From IMG/VR virus record IMGVR_UViG_3300012665_000657, positions 1 to 50,896 of that record: a DNA stretch of 50,896 nt. One strand, written 5' to 3'. Below are positions 35,375 to 42,673 of this stretch, piece after piece. The translations under genes were made by a program, and so were the position numbers. Position 1 is the first letter of the stretch; the number at the start of each line of letters is the position of its first letter. Origin of the DNA: a virus (lineage: Duplodnaviria > Caudoviricetes). The notes under the pieces were generated by a model, which made no database searches, was not told where the DNA came from, and worked only from the letters and a program-made list of their open reading frames with translations.

Positions 35375-35446
35375 TAGGGGCACAGAGAATCGAACTCTGA
35401 TTAATAGGTTAAAAGCCTACTACTTTAGCCGTTAAGTTATACCCCC
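35372..35446 (-). tRNA. tRNA-Lys(TTT)
   Basis: GTAGG-CT-TTT-AA-CCTAT, CCA. Confidence 0.95.
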
Positions 35447-35494
35447 GACATCTTATCACTCTTGTCACTATTCATGACAGATCTCCTTTTAAAA

Positions 35495-35887
35495 TTAAAC
35501 TTTCTCGTAACCTAGATCTACGCTTTCGCTGTAGTATCCGTTGCTTTCACCTAACCATCTCACGTCTACATAACCCTTACGAGTAGCAAACTTGTAAAAT
35601 GTCCAAGTACCCGATTCATTAAACTCTTGGTCAATGCTCTTGATCATATCAAACAGATTGTGTGTTTCTTCTGCCTTTAAAAGTACTACACCTTCTAAGT
35701 CAGATAAGTCACCTGTAATATCTTCAATACGAACATGTTCGCAACAGTCTTGCGAATGAAAAAATACATAACGCTCTGTGTCGTTTTCAAACACTAGTTC
35801 AGTACCGTCTACATTCTTTACGGAAGTAAACACTTTACCTACCATGTCTTCTATCTTAGCAGAGCTATTCCAGTCATAATAAGACAT
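35495..35887 (-). CDS. Conserved phage hypothetical protein
   Basis: HSQDCCE...TWTFYKFAT.KG.VDVRW.GESNGYYSE; AAAGGA RBS. Confidence 0.8.
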   Translation of the reverse strand: MSYYDWNSSAKIEDMVGKVFTSVKNVDGTELVFENDTERYVFFHSQDCCEHVRIEDITGDLSDLEGVVLLKAEETHNLFDMIKSIDQEFNESGTWTFYKFATRKGYVDVRWLGESNGYYSESVDLGYEKV

Positions 35888-35910
35888 AATAGTTCCTTTC
35901 TATTAATAAT

Positions 35911-35985
35911 TGGTAGCCAATGATGGGAACGATCCATCGACCCTCGCCTTATCAAGACGATGCTCTACCACTGAGCTAATTGGCT
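35911..35985 (-). tRNA. tRNA-Ile(GAT)
   Basis: TT-GAT-AA loop; atypical T-loop ATCGTTC. Confidence 0.9.
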
Positions 35986-35990
35986 GTATT

Positions 35991-36080
35991 TGGCGGAAGT
36001 GGTGAGATTCGAACTCACGGCCCCTTGCGGGACGACAGTTTTCAAGACTGCTGCCTTAAACCGGGCTCAGCCACACTTCC
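35991..36080 (-). tRNA. tRNA-Ser(TGA)
   Basis: Class II, CT-TGA-AA, G73, CCA. Confidence 0.95.
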
Positions 36081-36089
36081 AAAAAAAGA

Positions 36090-36185
36090 GCACTAGTAGA
36101 AAGAGTGAGTCGTTCCAATCTACCGACCAAGCAAACCCGACTATGTCTTGGGCTTCCTTCTTATCGCCGACCTTACGGCTAGTGC
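36090..36185 (-). ncRNA. Putative 96-nt four-way-junction RNA
   Basis: GCACTAG/CTAGTGC closing stem, three internal hairpins, followed by a U7 run. Confidence 0.45.
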
Positions 36186-36189
36186 ATAC

Positions 36190-36267
36190 TGGAGTGGCGG
36201 GTGAGATTTGAACTCACGGTTTTACGGATTTGCAATCCGTTGCAATGGACCTCTCTGCCACCGCCAC
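36190..36267 (-). tRNA. tRNA-Cys(GCA)
   Basis: TT-GCA-AA, U73, CCA. Confidence 0.95.
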
Positions 36268-36271
36268 ATTG

Positions 36272-36877
36272 TTACATTGTAGGACCGTTGCCGTTCCTAA
36301 AGCCAACACTTCCACCTTCTGCTTCGATACGCTTGATAACGTCTTCGAATAAGATAGGAGCAAAGTCAGGAGTTTGTTCTACGCAAACACAGTGATAACG
36401 AACATCAATTTCGTTGCTGTATAATGTAGCACCTGTTTTAGCATCCACACCACGAGCTTTTAACACACGATTTGTATGTAAGTGTCCGTGAATGTTAACG
36501 CCAAAACGTCCTAAACTTGCTTCGTGTAAAGGTATATGGCTTAAAATCATTCCGTTCATTACATGATAAGCACGTAACTCACGGAAGTAAGTTCTGTACT
36601 CGTCGTCACGAAAGATGTCGTGGTTGCCACGGATTAATACCTTGTCGCCGTTTAAACGGGCTAACGTGGGTAATGCCTTGCGGTTAATAACAACATCACC
36701 TAAGTGATATACTTTGTCGTTCGGACGAACACGATCGTTCCAAGCAGCAATCATGGCTTCATCCATTTCATCCGGATCAGTCCATGGTCGAATCTTTGTT
36801 ACTCCGTCTGATTCTGTGAAGCGGCAAACACCCGAGTGACCAAAGTGTGTATCGCTTACTAAAAATACACTAGGCAT
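36272..36877 (-). CDS. Calcineurin-like metallophosphoesterase
   Basis: SDTHFGH, LGD, GNHD, SH, HGHLH. Confidence 0.9.
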   Translation of the reverse strand: MPSVFLVSDTHFGHSGVCRFTESDGVTKIRPWTDPDEMDEAMIAAWNDRVRPNDKVYHLGDVVINRKALPTLARLNGDKVLIRGNHDIFRDDEYRTYFRELRAYHVMNGMILSHIPLHEASLGRFGVNIHGHLHTNRVLKARGVDAKTGATLYSNEIDVRYHCVCVEQTPDFAPILFEDVIKRIEAEGGSVGFRNGNGPTM

Positions 36878-36905
36878 CTTGCCCTCCTTTCTAAGTTAAT
36901 GTGTT

Positions 36906-36934
36906 ATTATACAATCAATTGCTCAAAATGTCAA
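36906..36934 (-). promoter_or_regulatory. Sigma70-type promoter
   Basis: TTGACA-17-TATAAT. Confidence 0.9.
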
Positions 36935-37703
36935 TCAATTTTTTATGCATTTTTCCTGCTAGTTCTATATGCGATTCGACCGGCGGATGACCGAACGCAC
37001 ATTTTTGCTCTTTTCCGTTTACAACCGGAAGTTGTAAATATTCTTCAGGTAGTACCATACTACCAATGTTAGTTTTCCAAATTGTATCAGCAAAAAGTCT
37101 ACTATGTATTAGCTCAAGTTTGTCAAGCTGATTCATATCATTGACCATAGGTTGCATTAACAAGTTTATATTTGATCTAAGACTAGCTAGTAGACTTAGG
37201 GTTTTAAAATATTGAAATACTATAAAATCATCGTTGAAAATATCTAACAGTAGTTTACTTCCTATATCGTATGGAATGTTCTTAGAAGTTAATGTTCTAA
37301 TTTTTTCTTTTGATCGAAAATCAATTATACGATTCATAGAGGTCAAACCCACTAATACCAGGTCAGTGTCTAGAATCAGTCCTTGAGTATAATCACTGTG
37401 AATTTGAAAATACTGTGCATCCAGGCCGCTGCCGTTAGTTGCTCTATTTTCAAACTCGAGATTTAATAGTTTAGCCAGTTGACCAGCCCAAGAACTACTT
37501 CTATGTAAAGGCTCGTCCCATCTTATTTTAAAGTCTTCTTTAAACTGTGTAGAACGAGCTAAGGATGCCTTACCATTTACATATGCCATCTTATGTTGAT
37601 TGCATTCTTCAAAAGTCATCCCCAAAACTATGTGATCCATAATTTCGTCTCCAGCAGTATCACTACTCCCGTATGCTAAAATTCGTTTGATATTTTTATT
37701 CAT
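36915..37703 (-). CDS. SGNH-hydrolase-like protein
   Basis: YGSSDTAG, ENRATNGSG, FGHP..SH; TAAGTA upstream. Confidence 0.65.
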   Translation of the reverse strand: MNKNIKRILAYGSSDTAGDEIMDHIVLGMTFEECNQHKMAYVNGKASLARSTQFKEDFKIRWDEPLHRSSSWAGQLAKLLNLEFENRATNGSGLDAQYFQIHSDYTQGLILDTDLVLVGLTSMNRIIDFRSKEKIRTLTSKNIPYDIGSKLLLDIFNDDFIVFQYFKTLSLLASLRSNINLLMQPMVNDMNQLDKLELIHSRLFADTIWKTNIGSMVLPEEYLQLPVVNGKEQKCAFGHPPVESHIELAGKMHKKLIDILSN

Positions 37704-37721
37704 ATCATTACTTATCAGGTC

Positions 37722-37795
37722 TGGAGCGGGATACGAGAATCGAACTCGTGACTAAACCTTGGCAAGGTTTCGTTTGACCATTAAACTAATCCCGC
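37722..37795 (-). tRNA. tRNA-Gly(GCC)
   Basis: TT-GCC-AA, U73, CCA. Confidence 0.95.
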
Positions 37796-37801
37796 GGTGG
37801 A

Positions 37802-38242
37802 TTATTTTTTTATAACTTGATATTCGTAGTTTACAGTATTTTCGTTTTCACGAAATATTTCAGCACCGTTTCTAAGATGGAACTTTCGAGCCATGTCAGT
37901 TTTAGGACTTAGTGTTACGAATCGTTTTACTGTAGGATACAGTTTTTGTATTTGCTCTACAGTTTGAAATAACAGATCTGATGCTGCGCCCGGCGCATAA
38001 CTCCAGATAGTGTAAAAAATAGCTGTAGTAGGATCGTCTGCATCTTTGCTAAGATCATCAACAGATCCCGGAACAAAGTCATGCAAGCTAACACATACCA
38101 TTGCTTGAGGTTTATCTTCAACTAAAGCACTCACAAATTTATTTTTAGACACACGGAAATCAACAGGGATTTCTGGTCTAACAGGATCATCCTTGATATA
38201 CTCAAGTAATGGGTCTGTGATGTTTGTGATAAAGTTTAGCAT
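37802..38242 (-). CDS. Hypothetical protein, GNAT-like fold
   Basis: AIFYTIWSY.PGA, FVTLSPKT..ARKFHLRNGA. Confidence 0.65.
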   Translation of the reverse strand: MLNFITNITDPLLEYIKDDPVRPEIPVDFRVSKNKFVSALVEDKPQAMVCVSLHDFVPGSVDDLSKDADDPTTAIFYTIWSYAPGAASDLLFQTVEQIQKLYPTVKRFVTLSPKTDMARKFHLRNGAEIFRENENTVNYEYQVIKK

Positions 38243-38315
38243 GGTGTCCTCAAAGATATTTTTGTTTATATGCGTACTTATCTCTGCACGTCAATATTAA
38301 TCATTTTGTAATAAT

Positions 38316-38390
38316 TGGAAGAGCCAAGGGGAGTCGAACCCCTCTTCTCAGGATGAAAACCTGATGTCCTAACCGATAGACGATGGCTCC
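38316..38390 (-). tRNA. tRNA-Glu(TTC)
   Basis: TT-TTC-AT loop, CCA. Confidence 0.95.
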
Positions 38391-38399
38391 ATAATACTA

Positions 38400-38473
38400 T
38401 GGTGGAGGTTAAGAGAATCGAACTCTTACGAAGACCTTGCAAAGGTCCCAGGCTACCATTACATCAAACCCCC
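38400..38473 (-). tRNA. tRNA-Ala(TGC)
   Basis: G3:U70, TT-TGC-AA, CCA. Confidence 0.95.
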
Positions 38474-38478
38474 ATAAT

Positions 38479-38554
38479 TGGCTCCCCAGCGTGGGATCGA
38501 ACCACGGACACCTTGATTAACAGTCAAGTGCAACTACCGCTGTGCTACTGGGGA
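38479..38554 (-). tRNA. tRNA-Asn(GTT)
   Basis: CT-GTT-AA, G73, CCA. Confidence 0.95.
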
Positions 38555-38561
38555 ATAAATC

Positions 38562-38783
38562 TTATTTTGCTGTGCTTGCGGTTCCAGTGTCATTCATCTG
38601 GTAACCGGTATTGCCTCGTGGCGCATTCCTGTCACGTGGAGCAGATTTAACAACAATACCCGATGCTAGTTCTGCTTGAATCATTGCACGTTTGAATGCA
38701 TTACGTTGTTCTGCATTAACAAACGTAGCCATGAATCGCTTTGTTTGCTTGCTAAGAACAAATGTTTTACCTGGTTTTAACAT
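38562..38783 (-). CDS. Small basic hypothetical protein
   Basis: Start MLKPGK after AAAGGA RBS; sits between two tRNAs. Confidence 0.7.
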   Translation of the reverse strand: MLKPGKTFVLSKQTKRFMATFVNAEQRNAFKRAMIQAELASGIVVKSAPRDRNAPRGNTGYQMNDTGTASTAK

Positions 38784-38804
38784 ATTATATCCTTTGTGGT
38801 TATT

Positions 38805-38880
38805 TGGTAGGACCTGCCAGGTTCGAACTGACGACATTCTGCGTGTAAGGCAGACGCTCTACCAACTGAGCTAAGGTCCT
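38805..38880 (-). tRNA. tRNA-Val(TAC)
   Basis: CT-TAC-AC, CCA. Confidence 0.95.
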
Positions 38881-38881
38881 G

Positions 38882-39076
38882 TTATTCTTCTTCAACATCT
38901 GTCACCGGAGCTCTATCAATTTTCTTTCTTGGTGCTCCCCATGCAGAGTAACTTTGGCCTTCTACTCGACCACTAACGTTTCTTCCAACTTTCTGAATAA
39001 CGCCACCCTTGGCTAAAAACTCTATAATTGCTGGATCTGTTTCTACGTGTTGCTCTACTGCTTTTTCTTTTGACAT
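38882..39076 (-). CDS. Small hypothetical protein
   Basis: AGGA RBS; IIEFLAKGGVIQK motif. Confidence 0.7.
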   Translation of the reverse strand: MSKEKAVEQHVETDPAIIEFLAKGGVIQKVGRNVSGRVEGQSYSAWGAPRKKIDRAPVTDVEEE

Positions 39077-39088
39077 ATATTTCCTAAT

Positions 39089-39165
39089 TGGTCGGAGTAC
39101 AAGGATTCGAACCTTGGACCCCCTGGTCCCAAACCAGGTGCGCTACCAGACTGCGCTACACTCCG
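39089..39165 (-). tRNA. tRNA-Pro(TGG)
   Basis: TT-TGG-GA, CCA. Confidence 0.95.
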
Positions 39166-39173
39166 AAATGAAC

Positions 39174-39249
39174 TGGTGCCGGTTGTCGGATTCGAACTGA
39201 CCACATCCGCCTTACAAGAGCGGCGCTCTACCTAATGAGCTAAACCGGC
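39174..39249 (-). tRNA. tRNA-Thr(TGT)
   Basis: CT-TGT-AA, CCA. Confidence 0.95.
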
Positions 39250-39273
39250 ATAAACTTTTACTGAACAACAATT

Positions 39274-39302
39274 AGTATAGCAGTCTATTTATAAACTGTC
39301 AA
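39274..39302 (-). promoter_or_regulatory. Sigma70-type promoter
   Basis: TTGACA-17-TATACT. Confidence 0.8.
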
Positions 39303-39324
39303 GTACTATCTTTGTAATAATGAC

Positions 39325-39400
39325 TGGCGTACCCTCAGGGCCTCGAACCCCGAACCTCTGGTTTTGGAGACCAGCACTCTGCCAATTGAGCTAAGGATAC
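39325..39400 (-). tRNA. tRNA-Trp(CCA)
   Basis: CT-CCA-AA, G73, CCA. Confidence 0.95.
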
Positions 39401-39406
39401 ATTAAA

Positions 39407-39526
39407 AGGTACTCGCTGTCCGAATCGAACGGAACTGTCTAACTCCTTATCTTCCTGAACCTTTCACGTAGTAGTCGACTTATACGCTTCTCATCGGTAT
39501 TCAGTGTAGTTAAACTTCAGCAAGTA
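39407..39526 (-). ncRNA. tRNA-like-domain RNA (acceptor + T-arm; long helix replaces D and anticodon arms)
   Basis: TACTTGCTG/CAGCGAGTA-CC; TCCG-TTCGATT-CGGA; GTTTAACT/AGTTAGAC; CTGAAT/GTTCAG. Confidence 0.6.
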
Positions 39527-39530
39527 TAAC

Positions 39531-39609
39531 TGGTTGCGGAGGCAGGATTCGCACCTGCGATCTCTAGCTTATGAGACTAGCGAGGACGACTGGACTCCTC
39601 TACTCCGCT
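39531..39609 (-). tRNA. tRNA-Met(CAT), initiator-like
   Basis: A1xA72 mismatch, CT-CAT-AA; lacks the 3 G-C anticodon pairs; T-loop TGCGAAT. Confidence 0.85.
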
Positions 39610-39615
39610 ATAACT

Positions 39616-39690
39616 TGGCGGTCCCAAGGGGTAACGATCCCCTTCTTCGACAGTGACAGTGTCGTGTGCGTCCATGAACACTTTGAGACC
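39616..39690 (-). tRNA. tRNA-Asp(GTC)
   Basis: CT-GTC-AC, G73; T-loop ATCGTTA. Confidence 0.9.
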
Positions 39691-39696
39691 TAAACT

Positions 39697-39783
39697 TGGT
39701 GGAGGAAGTAAGATTCGAACCTACTAGTCCCTAAGAAAACAGATTTACAGTCTGCCGCACCCCTCCAACTGTGCCGTTCCTCC
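39697..39783 (-). tRNA. tRNA-Tyr(GTA)
   Basis: Class II, CT-GTA-AA, CCA. Confidence 0.95.
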
Positions 39784-39793
39784 ATTAAACTAA

Positions 39794-39927
39794 TTATAAC
39801 ACACTCCCGGCCGCTTGTCAACAACCCGATGAAAACTATGTTTTCAATTTAAGGAATGTGTGTATTAAAATGTTCTCCGCTATGCGTTTAGACACTGTCA
39901 AAGAGTGAATGAAGAACACTTTAATAC
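39794..39927 (-). repeat. Conserved-stem hairpin cassettes D and E
   Basis: ACACATTCC/GGAGTGTGT and GTATTAAAGTGTTCT/AGAACATTTTAATAC. Confidence 0.55.
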
Positions 39928-40039
39928 GCTGTAATTTTTCCCTACACAAGAGTAGTTCCATCCTACAGGCCGCCCGTTTGCTCTATGTTTTAAGTGCGGA
40001 GCGAGGTCCTCGTTACCTCTTATTGCACTTCACTAAATG

Positions 40040-40073
40040 AAAAACCCCAGGGTTTTTAATCCTAGGGTTCTTT
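40040..40073 (-). terminator. Intrinsic terminator/attenuator ahead of the tRNA array
   Basis: AGAACCCTAGG-ATTAAAAAC-CCTGGGGTTTTT. Confidence 0.75.
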
Positions 40074-40095
40074 AAGTTTAAGTAGTGTCTGCTAT

Positions 40096-40263
40096 TTAAG
40101 CGTAACCACTTCCCTCCAAGAACCCCGAGCTAATATAGCCCTCTGGTGTGCGATCATATGATAAACTTCCACAATTAATCGCGAGCCAACCGGAGGCTAT
40201 AAAGCCTGCCTGTTTAGGCATCGTATTAAATGTATGTTGTCTATTAAACGATTGCATTTTCAT
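40096..40263 (-). CDS. Putative leader peptide (55 aa)
   Basis: AAGGA RBS; lies between promoter and terminator; contains anti-terminator strand GGGGTTCTT. Confidence 0.6.
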   Translation of the reverse strand: MKMQSFNRQHTFNTMPKQAGFIASGWLAINCGSLSYDRTPEGYISSGFLEGSGYA

Positions 40264-40303
40264 TTTCCTTTTTATAAACAGCAACCCTGCTGTCTATGTT
40301 TTA

Positions 40304-40332
40304 ATTATACAGTTATTTAGTCTCTGTGTCAA
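40304..40332 (-). promoter_or_regulatory. Sigma70-type promoter P1 of the tRNA array
   Basis: TTGACA-17-TATAAT. Confidence 0.9.
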
Positions 40333-40389
40333 CCACTATTTGCATTTCTGACAAAATAAATTTTGACGCCTTCCTAACCAACTGTATGT

Positions 40390-40418
40390 ATTGTATTGCC
40401 TTTTTATTTAGCCGTCAA
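40390..40418 (-). promoter_or_regulatory. Sigma70-type promoter P2
   Basis: TTGACG-17-TACAAT. Confidence 0.7.
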
Positions 40419-40456
40419 CTAAAATATGGCTACTTAATGTGGTATTTTTACAACAT

Positions 40457-40717
40457 TTAATCAAAATATGTTTCACCACTGATCAATATGTGTTTGCCAA
40501 TTTCAAACAGGCCAATGCCACCAGGGAGATCCATTGCAGCCACATGTATCTGGCACTCTCCGCCTGTGTCAATTGAGCAGGCTACAAATTCTTTGATGTT
40601 GCCTTTTTCAATTGAGTCCTTAATGAAGTCGATAACTTGTAGCATAGCCTTCTTCTGTTCTTCTTCTTGAACTTGTTCTTTACGTTTAGTATTGATGCTA
40701 ACGACTTCCATATTCAA
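40457..40717 (-). CDS. Hypothetical protein
   Basis: 86 aa ORF directly downstream of clpP. Confidence 0.75.
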   Translation of the reverse strand: MNMEVVSINTKRKEQVQEEEQKKAMLQVIDFIKDSIEKGNIKEFVACSIDTGGECQIHVAAMDLPGGIGLFEIGKHILISGETYFD

Positions 40718-40720
40718 CCT

Positions 40721-41278
40721 TTATAGTAGATGATCTGCAACACCAAGGTCAATTGCTTCTTGTGGTGTAAGATAAACATCGCTGGCAGGCAAAAGTTTTT
40801 TCTTGATTACACTAGGAGCAAGTCCTGTGGCTTCTTTCAATACAGCTACCATCATTTCATTGCTCATCTCATTGCCTTTCATAGTAGCTTTGAGATCGTG
40901 GTATTTGCCTTCTGTATTTTCTGTAAATTGATGACACATAAACGAAGCATTTTTTCCTGCGTATCTTTCACCGTGAGTTCCAGAAACCGCAATTAAAAAT
41001 GCTGCACTCATTGCTGAACCAATAGTGATAGTTCGAATAGGATGGCTACTAGATTTCATAATATCAACTAGGGCAAGTGCAGAGTATAAATCACCGCCTG
41101 TTGAGTTGATATACAGAGTTAGAGTTTTTTCTCGGGTGTCAAAGTTTTCATAAACAATCCATTTAATGCATTCATTGACGTTTTCGTCAGTAATTTCACC
41201 TGACAGGAAATGGACAGAATTTTCTAGTAATTTTAGGTCAATCCGATCGCTGGCGTTAAATTCGTCTATCTTTTTCAC
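40721..41278 (-). CDS. clpP: ClpP-like protease subunit
   Basis: LYINSTGG, AMSAA (Ser), FMCHQ (His), DVYLTPQEA..G; GTG start after AAGGAG. Confidence 0.9.
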   Translation of the reverse strand: MKKIDEFNASDRIDLKLLENSVHFLSGEITDENVNECIKWIVYENFDTREKTLTLYINSTGGDLYSALALVDIMKSSSHPIRTITIGSAMSAAFLIAVSGTHGERYAGKNASFMCHQFTENTEGKYHDLKATMKGNEMSNEMMVAVLKEATGLAPSVIKKKLLPASDVYLTPQEAIDLGVADHLL

Positions 41279-41325
41279 TGCTGCTCCTTGGATACTATTA
41301 CTTATCATATCTAGTAATTATACTA

Positions 41326-41697
41326 TCAGTTAATAGCAATTGCCCCTACGATCCAGCCAATAATAGCAATATAGGTAAGATAATGCAGAGCTTGATCTAG
41401 TCCAAACCAAATCCAAAATTTACGATCTGCAGGAGTTAGCCCTTTGTTTAACTGTTGTTTAGCCCAATCAATGTGATAGTGTGCTGCCATATCAAACAAT
41501 GCAGGAAATACAGCCATTGTACCTAAAAACGGTAAAAGAATAAACCAAGTCCAAATGCCATGCATAGTAGCATGATGTATGCCGCCTTCTGCTCCGTAGA
41601 TTCCCTTCTGTGAAATCATGTAAGGAAACTGCAATAGAAAATCACAGATAAAATGCTTAATTCCAAATAGAGCTAATAATAAGATAACGGTGCTCAT
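41326..41697 (-). CDS. DUF3307-like membrane protein
   Basis: HFICDFLLQ, HYHID, DQALH. Confidence 0.8.
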   Translation of the reverse strand: MSTVILLLALFGIKHFICDFLLQFPYMISQKGIYGAEGGIHHATMHGIWTWFILLPFLGTMAVFPALFDMAAHYHIDWAKQQLNKGLTPADRKFWIWFGLDQALHYLTYIAIIGWIVGAIAIN

Positions 41698-41879
41698 TCT
41701 GGTACCGGGCTAAATCTACTTAAAAAACTTTCTTGATAACAACTGTATTCTCTAATTTCACCATCTGGTGCATTTTCTTTAATATAATGCACCCATGTAT
41801 GGCCTTCTAGTTCTATTACATGTATAACATGAAATTTATCATTATTACTACCTACCCACCTTGACCCTTCTTTAACCAT
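41694..41879 (-). CDS. Small hypothetical protein
   Basis: Start MVKEG after AGGAG. Confidence 0.7.
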   Translation of the reverse strand: MVKEGSRWVGSNNDKFHVIHVIELEGHTWVHYIKENAPDGEIREYSCYQESFLSRFSPVPE

Positions 41880-41889
41880 AGCTTGTCTC

Positions 41890-42291
41890 CTATTTAAAAG
41901 TTTCCAACGCTTCTGTATCAACGTTCTCAGTCATATGTAGCATAAAACGGTAACCGTCCCAGGCTTTCTTGACTGCGTCATTCTCTGACAACTCTGTAGG
42001 AAACATATCAACCCAAATGCTATTAGCAGGTTGTTTGTGGCGATGGATACCTTCGCGGCGCGGCTGAATCAATTTATTGTTTTCCCAAAGACTCTGGGCA
42101 ACACGCTGACATTCAGCTTCGTCGAGTCCCTGAAGATAATCATGTCGAAACATATAATCGGTGATAACGGGGCCTAACTGTTCAGGTTCGCGGATACAAG
42201 TTGCTGTAATAATAAAAGCAACATCATCCTCACTGACTTTTCCAATAACAATATCACGAATACAACGACCTAGGCTAAATCCAATTTTCAT
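41890..42291 (-). CDS. Hypothetical protein
   Basis: MKIGFSLGRCIRDI; C-terminal NDAVKKAWDGY. Confidence 0.75.
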   Translation of the reverse strand: MKIGFSLGRCIRDIVIGKVSEDDVAFIITATCIREPEQLGPVITDYMFRHDYLQGLDEAECQRVAQSLWENNKLIQPRREGIHRHKQPANSIWVDMFPTELSENDAVKKAWDGYRFMLHMTENVDTEALETFK

Positions 42292-42644
42292 GCTTCTACT
42301 CCAGTTATTAGTTTTTCTTCTTTAAGGGTACGCAATAGTTGTCTATTACGTTCTTTTTGTTCGGCCGCCGCACGTTTCTCATCACTGCTGATCTTGCACA
42401 TGCGATCGTATTGGCGAGCCCACTCAACACCAGATAACCAAGTTTCAAGCATTTCTAAGCTGCCTACAAACAATTCAGCATCTCGACTATACATAGGTAA
42501 TGCATTATGATCTTTTGGTACAAGGCTTAGCGCACCGTGATCTTCGGTCCAATCACTATGCTTGCTTTTGGCAAACTTAAAGCCTAGCTTATCGATTTGT
42601 TCTTCGATACGTTTAATTCTTTGAATTGCATTCCAACCGCTCAT
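42288..42644 (-). CDS. Hypothetical protein
   Basis: First ORF after the 42674 promoter. Confidence 0.75.
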   Translation of the reverse strand: MSGWNAIQRIKRIEEQIDKLGFKFAKSKHSDWTEDHGALSLVPKDHNALPMYSRDAELFVGSLEMLETWLSGVEWARQYDRMCKISSDEKRAAAEQKERNRQLLRTLKEEKLITGVEA

Positions 42645-42673
42645 TTGATTTGCCTGTTTGTTGACGATATACT

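Noticed and set aside
32659-39200. Short plus-strand ORFs and minus ORF 34765-34980 across the tRNA array
   Set aside because: They overlap tRNA/ncRNA genes or lie antisense to real CDSs and have no clear RBS.
39407-39526. tRNA-Sec or true tmRNA
   Set aside because: No UCA anticodon or D-arm; too short for tmRNA, no tag ORF, no G3:U70.
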